A stretch of 64,000 nucleotides of DNA from Camelus ferus (lineage: Eukaryota). A program made the translations under genes and the position numbers. Positions 50,270 through 62,551 of this stretch are shown here, one piece after another (the first letter of the stretch is position 1; each line of letters starts with the position of its first letter). The notes under the pieces are model-generated. The model saw only the letters and a list, made by a program, of their open reading frames with translations. It had not been told where the DNA came from and ran no database searches. Location of the stretch: NCBI RefSeq assembly GCF_009834535.1, contig NC_045696.1, forward strand, positions 45,634,001-45,698,000. The letters run 5' to 3'.

Positions 50270-53045
50270 ATTCATTTATTTAAATACCTCTTAAGTATCA
50301 CTTATATGCCAGGCGAAACAATAGGAAACAAAACACAAAGCATAAATAATTTTATAAAAGATTTGTAATACAGTGGAAACAAGTGACCCAGAGTACTGGC
50401 TTTAAAGAATAACTTTTATGTGGATTCCATTTCACATGGGTTGGTCTGGGAAGGTATCCCTGAAAGCTGTTATCTGAAATCCGATGGAGCAAGTCAGAAA
50501 GCCAGAACATGTGGGTGGGAGAAAAGCATTCCAGACAGAGGGAATTGCAAATGCAAATTTGTACAGGAGGAGCAGGCTCCCTGTGTTCTTGGAACAGAGA
50601 GGAAGTTAGGGAGGCAGTACCTGACTGAGCAAAGAGGAGAGCAGAGGAAAATGACATCAAAGAGGTAACAGGACCCCAGTTCATGTACGGCCTTGTAGGT
50701 CAGGTTAAAAAATTAATACCTTTCTATGGACAAAAGGAATGCATTTGTATGGTTTTAAGTAAAGAGAGGACATGATCCAGTTTTTATTTTAACCAGATCA
50801 CCCTTGCTACTGTGTTGAAAAGTAAACGGTAGGCGACATAGATCAAAATAAGGAGACCACCATTAGGAAGCTTTTAAATGAGCGAAGGTGAGAAATGATG
50901 GCGACTTAGATGAGCATGTCAATGAATAATGTACTGAGAAGTAGTCAAGTTCTCAATATCATTTAAAAGTAGAGCCAACATGATTTCTTAATGAATTGGA
51001 TGTGAAATGTCAGAGAAAAAACAAATCAGGAATGACTTCACAGTTTTCTGACCTTAACATCTGGAGGACTGCAGTTGCTATACACTGGGATAGAAGGAGA
51101 CCAAGAAACAAGTTTAGTGAGCAGGCTGAAATCAGGAGTTAATTTCTAGCCATGTCAAGTTTGAGGAGCTAAAGAACATCCAAGTGAACAAGCTGAATAC
51201 ACTGCATATACATATGGAGTTCATATGAGTTGTCTAGGATTATATAGGAGGCAAGAGAATTGAGTCATCTAGGAGTTATAAATTATATTCAAAACTGGAC
51301 AGCTACATGTAAAACAATGAAATTAAAACATATTCTCATACCACATACAAAAATAAATTCAAAATGGAGTAAAGACCTAAATGTAAGTCCGGAAAGCATA
51401 AAATTCCTAGAAGAAAACAGAGGCAGAACACTCTTTCACATATAACACAGCAATATTTTTAGGGGGGGTCTATCTCCTAAGGCAAAGGAAACAGAAGCAA
51501 AAATAAACAAATGGGACCTAATTAAACTTAAAAGCTTTTGCACAGCAAAGGAAATCATAACAAAATGAAAATACAACCTCCTGAATGGGATAAAATAATC
51601 ACAATATTTGACCAATGACCAATAAGGAATTAATATCCAAAATATATAATCAGCTCATACAACTCAGTATGAGATAATCAAACAATCTAATTTGAAAATG
51701 GACAGAAGACCTGAAGAGACATTTTTTCCAAAGAAGACATGCAGATGGCCAACAGGCACATGAAAGGATGCTCAATATTCCTAATCATCAAAGAAGTGCA
51801 AACCAAAGCCACAATGAGATACCACCTCACACCTGTCAGAATGATTATCATAAAAAGACCACAAATAACAAATGTTGGCAAGGATGTAGAAAAAAAGGAA
51901 CCCTTGTACACTGCTAGTGGGAATGTAAATTGGTATATATAAAACAGTATGAAGGTTCCTCATAAAATTAAAAATAGAACTACCATATAATCCAGCAATT
52001 CTACTCCTGGGTATATATCTGAAGAAAATGAAAACAGTAATTAAAAAAAATATATATATATATATACCCTAACGTTTACAGCAGCATTATTTACAATAGC
52101 CAACTTATGGAAGCAACCTAAGTGTCCATCAACAGATAAGCGTATAAAGAAGATGTGGTATACATACACACACAAACACACATGCACAGACACACACACA
52201 CACACACACACACGGAATAATACTCAGCCATAAAGAAGAATGAAATTTTGCCATTTGCAACAACACGGACAGACATGAAGGGTATTGTGCTTAGTGAAAT
52301 AAGTCAGACAGAGAAAGAAAAATACTGTATGTTATCACTTACGTGTGGAATCTAAAAAATAAAACGAATGAATATTAAAAACAGAAACAGACTCACAGAT
52401 ATAGAGAACAAACTCATGGTTACCAGTAGAGAGTGGGAAGTGGGGAATGGAGGTCGTAGATTAAGCAGTACAAACTACTGTCTGTAAAATAAATAAGCTA
52501 CAAAGATAAACTCCGCAGCAGAGGAAATATAGCCAATATTTTATAATAACTTTAAATGGAGTATAAAGTATAAAAATTTTGAATCACTATGTTGTACAAC
52601 TGAAACTAATATAGTACTGTAAATCAACTATATTTCAATATTTTTTAAAGCTGTGGGACTGGATAAACTCTCCTAAGAAGTGACTGTAGTTGGGAAACCA
52701 GCTGCAAGGATCAGTCCCTGAAGCACTGCAGAATCTAGAGGTAAGGAATTTGGAAAAGCTACAGAGACTAAGAAAATGTTGTTAAAAAAACACCTAAATG
52801 AATTATGTGCTGGAAGTCAATGAAGAAAGTGAACAAAGAAGAAACGTGGTGTGTCATATGCTGGCTCAGAATCAAATAAGATGAGGACTGAGAGGAGACC
52901 ACTGGATTTGTGAATGTCTGGAGGTCATTTGCGACCTTGGTAAGAGCAGTTTTTGTGGAATAGTGTTGGCAAAATCCTGATGGAGAGGGGATTCAAGGAA
53001 TGAGCTGGCAGATACTTTCAGCCCTTTTGAGTTCTGCTGTAAAAG
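50270..53045 (-). mobile_element. L2 LINE (antisense), split by an L1 insertion
   Basis: Antisense L2 text (gcattccagacagagggaa...ggccttgtaggtca...catgtcaagtttgag). It resumes after 52648 with aaagctgtgggactggata...aagatgaggactgag. Confidence 0.75.
51290..52648 (+). mobile_element. 5'-truncated LINE-1 (ORF2 C-terminus and 3' UTR)
   Basis: ORFs give [26 protein letters not shown] and [29 protein letters not shown], both L1 ORF2; the 3' UTR ends ...gtaaatcaactatatttcaat. Contains a (CA)n tract at ~52161-52213. Confidence 0.93.
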
Positions 53046-53869
53046 GAAGCAGAGAAAAACTTTTCCAATCACTTTAGTTGTAAAAAGTACCAGTTCAGTC
53101 ATTAAAATGTCATTCTGTGGATGATGAAAAGCTCCCAGTTCTGACCCACGTTAGCTTTGGAAATGCTTCTGTGGCACAGGGTGGGTGTGGCTGACTTCTT
53201 TTTCCTGCCCATCTCTTTTCCTACTCCACTCCACTAATGGGGCTGCTGCTGGGTCGTGGGAGGCGAAAAAAAAAAAAAAAAAAGATGAGGGAGAAGGAAG
53301 GGGTTGCGAGAGGAAAGAGAAGTGATATTTGTCCAGCATTAATGAATTCTGACTTTGGTCCTCTTTGCGTGCATCTGTTTATATCTGACCTGCTAGGCTT
53401 GGAAAATGGTTCAAACTTAGTCTTCCCCTTACGGTCCTCAACTCTTGCCTCCAACTTGGGTTAAGGTCTAGTTTCTTAAATTCAAATAATATCTCCTCCA
53501 TCTAACCTTTTGTAAATATTCTCTCAACACTCTGGTTTTGAGCATTTTACTCCAGACAAATTCTATTGAGCCAACTCCCCACCAAGTGACTCTCTTTGGC
53601 CTAAGTCCCCTTCAGACCACAGGATGGAGATGATTCATGCAGTCTTTGCCCTAAAAAATCTTGGGGAAAACAGACTTTTCCCAACACAAGCATTTTCCTT
53701 TGATCCATCATCAGAACAGCTTGGCAGCCAGACTCTTAAACTGTTAGATGCTTTTAGGCCTAGGTCTGATACCAAGGTTACCTTCTGCTAATCTGGCCAT
53801 TTTCTTTGCTATATGATCTCCCATGAGGTAAACTGTAAAGTTCTACTTTGGAGGCTGAATTGAATACTG

Positions 53870-54100
53870 ATAACTTTTACTTAATGTGTACTATGTCAAG
53901 GGCTACTCTAAAATCTTTACTCACATTAAAACAATGTATTGTTCGCAGCATCCCCCTTGAGATAAGAATCCATTTTACACACAGGAAGTCAGAAGTATAG
54001 AAAAGTTTAGTCATGTTCACAAAGTCACGTAACTTCTAAATGGCAAGGTTAGGATTTAAACTTAGTTTGGCAGTGCAATCAGTACTCTTAGCCAACATTC
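53870..54100 (-). mobile_element. MIR SINE
   Basis: tactatgtcaagg...ccattttacac.caggaa...aaagtcac...ggatttaaac. Confidence 0.55.
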
Positions 54101-55195
54101 TCCTCTGAGGGGAGGAGACTGAGACTCAACCCCACACAACTACTAACTTCAATTAAGAACAGGAAAACTACCTTTTGAATTTAGAATCTGTATTTGTTAC
54201 ACTACATGATGCTGTTAGTTTGTAAGAATGCTTTTGGTCTCTAGTAATGCCAACACTGCCACTTAACAAATAAATATCTTTGGTGCTGCTTTTGTTCACG
54301 TGCAGCAGCACAACATGAGAATAATAACAGGAAGTGGAAACTCCCTAAAATTTTCCAAGGTGAGCCATCCGATGGAAACCCATTCACTACCTTTCCTCAT
54401 ATCTACACAATTTGAAGATTCAGAATTTCCTGAGGAAGAACCAGTTACGAAGCTGATGTTCTTGAAGGCACCAAGTTGCATGATACAAAGTACAGGGGAA
54501 AAAAAATGAGTTGTGTCAGAGACAGCATACGAAGGACAGATTTTTCTTCATTTTCTACTCAAAACAAAGGGAAAAGGAAATGCTTGATGGAAAAAAGTAC
54601 ATAAGTCTATGGATTTACAGTCAGGAGAAATTTTCAAGTTTTGTTTGGTTAACTTTCTAAACTTATTTTTTTATATTTTAGGTAAATTCCTATCTAATAT
54701 TGAAAATACAAATAGAAGGAAGATATTCATTCCTTAAACTCATTCCTATTTTACAATTCTATTAAATAAATTACTTTACAAAAATTTTAAAAGTACACTC
54801 TAAACTAGGGAGATAATGAAAAAGTGTAATGAAACATAGTACCTTTATCTGAGGTCTAAATTCCGGGTATCAGAATATCACGTGAGGCATCTCAGAGGCT
54901 AGTATTATACTGATATCTTACACATTTTAGCATAGACACATACTGGTTTCACACAATTAACCCTTCAGGTCCATCTCCTGAAGAGTGCTGGACGGTCTTT
55001 TGTAGGAAATGTTGCTGATATTATTAATGGCCTATGATTGAAAAAAATAAGCAAGTAGAAATAAATAAAGTCAATTTAGCTATCTTCCTCCAAACCTTAA
55101 AGGCTTGTTTCAAAAACCCATGACCAGATATGATTTTTAAAGCACCAAAATGTGGAGTATCCAGGAACAAACAACAATCATAGCACAGTCCTTCA

Positions 55196-55333
55196 CTACT
55201 TCTCCTTCTCTCTTCTTCTCCTTCTTCTTCTTCTTTCTCCTTTTTCTTCTCCTTTTTTTTTTTTGAGGTATAGTCAGTTACAATGTGTCCATTTCTGGTG
55301 TACAGCATAATGTCCCAGTCATGTGTGTGTATA

Positions 55334-55372
<39 letters not shown>

Positions 55373-55489
55373 TATGTTCATTTTCACGTTCTTTTTCATT
55401 AAAGGTTACTACAAGATACTTAATATAGTTCCCTGTGCTATACAGAAGAAATTTGGTTTTTACCTATTTTTATATATAGTGGTTAACAA
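55196..55489 (-). mobile_element. Short lineage-specific LINE-1 3' end with pyrimidine-rich tail and internal (CA)n
   Basis: ttgaggtatagtcagttacaatgtgtcc...ttcattaaaggttactacaagata...gttccctgtgctatacag; aligns by eye with 40395-40600. Confidence 0.88.
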
Positions 55490-55794
55490 CTGCAGTAGAA
55501 AAATCTCTCTAGATCAACTTCAGTATAAGAGTCACCTGGACAGCTCACTCAAATTGCAAAAGGTCACTACCCATTCCTGGATATTCAGTCTGGAAAGTCA
55601 GGGTGGGGTCAAGCTGCTCCCTAGGTGATTCTAATTCTGATGCTTACTGAAGTTGTCTAGTAACTAGAGTAGTGTTCTCAAAACCTCAACCTCTGTACCA
55701 TCTACATGAATACTACTTGGGGTTTTGAACATTATTTACTTAATAATTAAAGAATTTTTTCTGTAAAGTTTTATATCTGTATAGATATGTAGAT

Positions 55795-55810
55795 CATAGA
55801 TAGATAAGAT

Positions 55811-55864
<54 letters not shown>

Positions 55865-55878
55865 GAAGAAAGAAAGAA
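55795..55878. repeat. (TAGA)n/(GAAA)n compound microsatellite
   Basis: About 13 perfect GAAA units at 55812-55863. Confidence 0.95.
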
Positions 55879-57504
55879 TCTTATATAGCCAGCTTACAAG
55901 TGATGGAAACATTTCATTAGCCATTTCATAATTCTGGATGCATGCATTCAGAATTTTGGATTGCAAACTAAAAACCATTAAAATTCAGCATATGCTTCTC
56001 CCATAAAGCATTGCAGTATAAATGATTTACATTTAACAATTCAAAAAATAATGTTTCAGAGCATAAATATTTCCAATGAGATGTTTTTAAAAAAGTATGC
56101 TATTAACTACAAGAATACTGTATAGTAAAGAAATCCTAATACACTGTTCATAGCAAATAAGAAACAGCTTTTTTTATATAGAACCATAAGCAGACATGGA
56201 GAACATGGAGACTAAAATAATCAACCTGGTATTTGAAATTTACAGTGACTCTTTAATAATGAAAGCTGATTTGGAAATTTGGAGATCTGATCAGGATGTT
56301 GAATATATATAGAGAGAGAGAGGGGGGAAAAAAACTTTAGCAGATGGCAAGCATAAATTGAAATGTAATCTAAGCACCTGAACTTTTGTAGAAACACACA
56401 TTAGCTAACACTCAATTATGAAATCTAATTACATTTCTTGTGAAACCTTCTTTTAAAATGTTGATCAGTTATTAACAGCTTAATATTTGTAACTACTTAG
56501 AACACAGTAGGTAGAGAAAAGACATAGTACAGAGAGACAAACTATAAAATATATGTGGCTCATCCATTCAGTCATCAGCTGCATGATAATCAAGAAAACG
56601 TGCTCAAGTTCATTTGTGACTAACTGGCAAAGTCCTCATTACAAAACAGAAGCTATTCTTTCAAATTTAAAAAAAAAATTGTTAACTGATTCTTAACTGG
56701 AACCAATTGCTTTTCTTGAAATCTTTTTTTATTTTTATTTTCTTTTTCGTCAAAGTGAAACCTTGCTTGACTACCTTCTTTTACCGTTGTGCTTAATTAA
56801 GAACAAAAAAACTTATCAATATGGCAATCAAGATAATTCAATAAGAAATTTTTTCATTTGTTTGCCACCAGTGAATGCCACCGAAACCACCACTACAGGA
56901 AGACGGATAGAGGAGGAAAGTCTAAGGCAATGTTTGAGCCAATTCACTAGTTTTAAAGTGTCTTTAGAAAAGATGTTGACCTTTGGTTCAGATACACAGT
57001 TCATAGTAATATCAATTCAAGTTTGCACAGATATACAGGGAGAAAATGTTTCCTTTCAGGCTAACTTGGTTTTAACTTACAATGCGACTTCCCTATTTGA
57101 AATGTGGCTAGCTTCATCTAGTCTAAATTGGGGATATGTATCATTGTCTCTTTTCACCTCAGGACAGTACTGGAAATGAGATGTTTCATTTCAATGCATT
57201 TTTTTTCCAGTTGAAATTGTGTAAACAATAGACTGGGAAAGATTTAATGAAATCATCAATAGCCTGGAGCCAGCTATTGGCCCTGTGCTAAGCATTTGGT
57301 ATAATCTACTGTCTAAGAGATTGAAAGTACTAAGTATCAGGATTTAAGGTTATCACAAGCTCAGAGAAGGGAAGATCTAGGAAGGAGTTGGCACAGTGAC
57401 TTCATATACAGAGGTTAGGTCAAGTAAAGTGCTAAGTGATCCAGGGCATTTTAACCAATGGAAAGAAACCATATGTATAATTCAAACACTAAAATTTATA
57501 TTTT

Positions 57505-57640
57505 AACAGTGGAGAAACTCTAGATTAGAATTCAAGAGAACTTAATTTTCCTTCTGATTTTATTAACAACTCACTAGTTGCCTTTGGATAAGCCAAATAA
57601 ATTTTCTATGCCTCCGTCTCCCAGTAGAAAAAAATATATA
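57505..57640 (+). mobile_element. MIR-family fragment
   Basis: agtggagaaactctagattagaattcaagagaact...ctttggataagcca...tctatgcctc. Confidence 0.45.
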
Positions 57641-60600
57641 TGTTAGAAAAGGACTATTTTACACAGAACATTAAAAATTACAGAATACAACATGGAAAGC
57701 AATAAAAAAACGGAGCTGAGCACTTTATCCTTACATCAGCTAGAGCAGTATTGCATTTTCTGTTGCATCTTACATTTTCATTTAAAGGAGTCCTGTAAAA
57801 TGCTTGAAAAATTAGTCTGGAAGAGGATTTCCAAAGTGACTTCCAGCTCTGATTATGGAATAGGTATTTTAGATACGATATATAATTCTCAGCTCTGCCA
57901 TAAGTAACCTCTGTAGACATAGCTTCTGTGACACAGGATTTTCAACAACACAAATTTACCTCAGAGAATGGGCATCACTAAAAGACAAATGAAGGAAGGG
58001 AATATGATGGAGATACGCCATGAAGGGCCTTCACTTTGTTAAAAGAGAAAGTCATTACGAGCATTTGTATTCATTTAGAAACAAGTAGAAAAGAATGCTA
58101 CTATTTGATAACTTTCCTTCTGAATGGGATACATGAGAAAATAAAATTATGAAAGTAAAAAAACATTACTTCTATAAGGCTAATTAATGACTCAAATTAT
58201 TTCTACAGCAATTTATTAGGTATAATATTAACCATGGATGTTTACAATGCTCTCAAGAACTCTTGGACTAAATGTTTTGGTTGGATAAAATGCATTGAAT
58301 AGTATTTGAAAGGAGTGAGCTTTTGTCAGGACTATTTCATTGTTGTACAAAGATTTCACTGCAATAATATTTTATATGCATTCAAAGAGAATGTAAAATT
58401 CATCAAGGTATTTTTCTAAACGAATAAAGGAAATTAAAATAACTTTCTATTGAAAGTTCCTCAAGATAAATGTAGGTGGGCAGAGAGGCTTGTAGAAAAA
58501 TCCCTAATCAGAAGAGACTGCAGGACTCTGAATCTCAGACAGCTAACTGAGGAAAATGTGTTACATGGAAACATGTTAAGCCAAATGGAACCTTTAAATA
58601 TTTAACAGTTATTAAGTTAGGCATAGTAAACTAAACAACATCTAAAACACAAATTCAGTTATGGGCAAGAAAAATAAAGTGCTTACCTGAAGGCAAAGAA
58701 GTACAGTCAGACCAAACTACCTAACATCATTTCCCACCTAGTCACCCAACGCAGATTGCCTTTCCTAGTTAAGAAGAGCTTCATTTTACCTTGCTGGAGT
58801 CAGGAGATTGTGACTATCCAGGAAAAAAAAATGGTTGTTGCCTATTTAAAAAATCTTATAAGTTGCTCTTCAGCTGAGCAATCAGAAAGTCACCTGATTA
58901 AATTCAAATTTTGCTTTCAAATATTGTATCACTAGATTAATGTCACAAATCTTCAGAACATTTTGAAAATTTATTTGAACCAAGAAAGAACAGCTAGAAA
59001 ATAAAAACCTACCCCAAAACATCATACTTTGAGATATTTGGAGATCTGTTTAACTCAAAAGATGGTAAGATTATTCATAAAGTTAATGAACTAGTCTCAC
59101 ATATGACTGTATAATATCCTTCTGATTAACCTCTGAACTTGCTTTCTTTTCCTCTCACTTACCTCACCTCACCCCACCCACCATAAGATCCACAAATTCC
59201 ATGTTAGAATCACATCTCACTGATGTGCTCCCAAAGTGACAGAAAGGAAAGGGATTTTCCTTCCCATAGTTGAGTCAGTCTCAAAGGCAGATGGTTAATT
59301 TATTGCACCTGTAACCAATTAACCATTCAAAACAACTGATTCTTCACAGTAAATTGTTGCCTTGCCAATCTGAGAAGCAGGTGCATATTCAATGGCTAAA
59401 TCGCCAAGTGGCTGGGTACATAAGACGTAAATAATCCAAATACAAAATTCTTTTAGATTGATGAGCAGGAAAATATGACCAGTTACAATAATTTCATTCT
59501 AAATTAAGAATTTAATTATTTCAGATTTTGAATCATGGTTTTGAGAATTTTATTTTTTTCATCCTGATATTTGGCTACCAAATTAGGCAGATGTTTTTTC
59601 AATAAAACTTATCTTTCTTTTTAAAATAATACTTAGAGTTTTATTTTTCTTCTCTCCTGAAACAATGAATTTTGATTACAATAAAAATATTGAAACATGT
59701 TACATTATATATTCATCCCATTCAGTTATTTTGCTTCAAAACAGGTACCTTCACCTGGAAGATTTAACTTCCAGCGCAGGCATTATAACTAACTCCATGG
59801 AACTGGGTACAGAGTAACCACTTTCCTGTTTTGTAGAATGAGAATCTCAGTGGATTATTCAACTCTTCTATTACTACAGTGTCAGTGCTACAGATTTTCA
59901 TAGACAAGAACCGTTTTATTATAGGAAATGATTCAATAAATATTTTTACCTTTCTCAGATATATTATTTGAATATAGAGAAGGGGTCCAGTGACAATTTA
60001 GGGGGCTGCAGATGTCTACAGCATCAAATCTAAGCATCCCAATTTCTGGCTTCTCTTTCCATCAGAATTGTGGGATGATAAGGAATCACTCCCAAGAGGA
60101 GTATCAGACCCTATTTAGTTGGCACCAGGATCTTATTCATATCTTCCCATCCTAGGAATCACGAGGGTACATGTATGGGGAGGCCATAACCACACCTCAA
60201 ACAAAATTTTTGTACAGTTAAGAGATTCTCTGTGAGAGGAAACAAAACTATTACCTGCATCACTATCCAGCTCAGGATAGACACACTGGAAACACCTTTA
60301 AATCTCTCTTTCCACATCCCACATTTCCCTGTCTCCAATCTTTCGGATGGTATTTTCCATAGTTCCCATGTTTTTCATTTCCATCATCACTATTTTGATG
60401 TCTCTGTCTCACAACTGATTTGTTCAAAGTATTCACACACCTTTTTTCATTAACTTATCCAACAAATATGGATTAAGTATCCACTAGGGCCAGGCACAAA
60501 AAAGAAACTTGTGAATGGAGCAAAAGGCAGACAAGGTATCAGTTTTAATGGAGCTTATAGTCTAATGTAGACAATGACAAATAATTACAACGTAGCCCTA

Positions 60601-62484
60601 ATCCAGAGCTGAGGATCAGGAATGCTCCTGGAGTAAGTGGCTATCTAAGCCAAAACCCAGTGGTGAGCCCCTTCCCTAATTCAGCAAAAGAAAAGAGGGA
60701 ATATTTTTCCATGCAAGGGAAATGACCTCTTTCCTGTCTCTTGACTCTCAGTGCCAAGCTGCACAGTGCTTACAGATTTATATCCTTAAAAATACCTCAG
60801 ATCATGGCCATCATCTGTTTATAGATTCCCTATTGTCTACTAAAGAAATTACAAACGTGAGATTGTTTCCAGTCTCATCTTTTCCAACAAAGAGCACCAT
60901 AGTTCAGTTTCACTGTAGCATTAGTCCTTTGCTGAAAAACAGGAAGTTAACCTATTTCCTTTTGTTATTTGTGCTCTCTGCCTATGCCCCACACAGTAAT
61001 CCTTCATCACTTGAAATCCTACTTATCTTTGAAATCTGTTAAAATACCATCTTCTCTGGAAACTTTCCCTTGCCCTGCCATTCAAAACTAGCTGCTTTTT
61101 TTTTTTTTTTTTGAAATTCCACAGCCCAATCATTGCTCCTCTATCATGTATCAACTATGACACTCTGCTTTCTATAGAAGATCTTTGTTTATAGCTGAAG
61201 TTTAGGCTAACCTAGCAACATGGGAGCCCCTGCCCCACTCCTTTAGAATTCCTAGTCTACACCCCAGTTTAGAAAGCGTTCTTCCTCCCTAGCTGCTTTA
61301 TTGAAAGTGGAATTGCCCACAATTTCCTGTCTCCCTCCAAGCAGCAGGGGTAACTTGATTCAGGATGTTTGCAGTGGTATTTCTCACTAGCAGGGTCCCC
61401 TTCAGCATCCAGAATTTGACCTTGCCTCTGATTTACTCCACCTCTCTCTCTTAATCCCTGAGCGTCCTGGCACTGCTTTTCCTCTCTACTCTCTAGTATT
61501 CCTGATAAACTCTCATTTAGAATCATGACTCCTTCTGCCACAGAAGGAAGAAAATTTTCTTTGAGCTATGACAAAGCTTTCACACAGATGGATTCACCTC
61601 TAAGATATTATAAATTTTTAAAAATATCCTAAAGAGATATTTACTTTTTTAGATTTAAAGTTCCCTTAGATAAGAAATTCAGACGAGGCTGAGGCAAATA
61701 AGGCTTCTCCTAACATTCTTCTACTCTCAAATCTGGTTCTTTAGATATTCCCTGGCATTTAGGTTTGTCACAGGGAACCCCCTCCACCGGGTTGGGTGGA
61801 CACACTTATCTTTGATGAAGATTTTAATATTTGAAAAGAACTGACTTTTGATCATAATATCCCATTTACTGTTGCTCCGAGCAAATTAGGTCTTTTTCAC
61901 AATGAGAATTCCTAGGAATCCTGGGACACAATGCCCTGGAATCATTGATGAACGCTCTGGTTGCACAAATTTCCCTCTGCAATAAGATTATGTCTACTTC
62001 TGTTTTTCAAGTCTTTCAACTCTACGAAAATCTTGCCTTGGATGGTGTTTTGTGTGCAGTGAGCACCTAATAAATGCATGCCAAATTAAATTTCCCCAGG
62101 ACGAAACATATGGCACAGATGACTAAAAAGTGAAAATCCTTTATAACATACTGCTTGGCCATCTAAGGGGAAAAAAATCTCGTTAATGCTCATGGTGACA
62201 AGTTTATGTCCTGAAACATGAGATCTGATTAGCTTTTTTATTTTAGCTCTCATAACTACTAGTTTTACTGCTGGTCATAAAATTATTCAGCTCATTTTGA
62301 AATTCAGCCACAAAACAGAACACTCTGACCTCTTGTGATTATACCAGTTTCTGTGATCATATGACTCCATGGTAGGGGGTTTACTCAAACTATAGTTTGG
62401 GAACCCAAAGAGGTCAAGGTGAAGAAATCTCATGGGGGTCTCAGGGATGAGTACACTTTGGGTGCATTTGGCACTGGTACTAGC

Positions 62485-62487
62485 AAA

Positions 62488-62550
<63 letters not shown>

Positions 62551-62551
62551 A
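62485..62551. repeat. (AAAT)16 microsatellite
   Basis: Perfect tetranucleotide run. Confidence 0.97.

Noticed and set aside
51260..51963. L1-derived ORFs as an active or domesticated gene
   Set aside because: Fragmented by frameshifts and stops; the element is 5'-truncated.
53150..53300. Retrocopy ending in the A run at 53266-53283
   Set aside because: No poly-A signal or TSD found.
54300..54509. Possible small plus-strand exon (tgcag|...aag|gtgagc, ~54305-54359)
   Set aside because: Plausible splice dinucleotides, but no recognisable peptide or partner exons; cannot be separated from chance.
56763..57179. 138-aa ORF
   Set aside because: Non-ATG start, no homology recognised, composition typical of AT-rich non-coding DNA.
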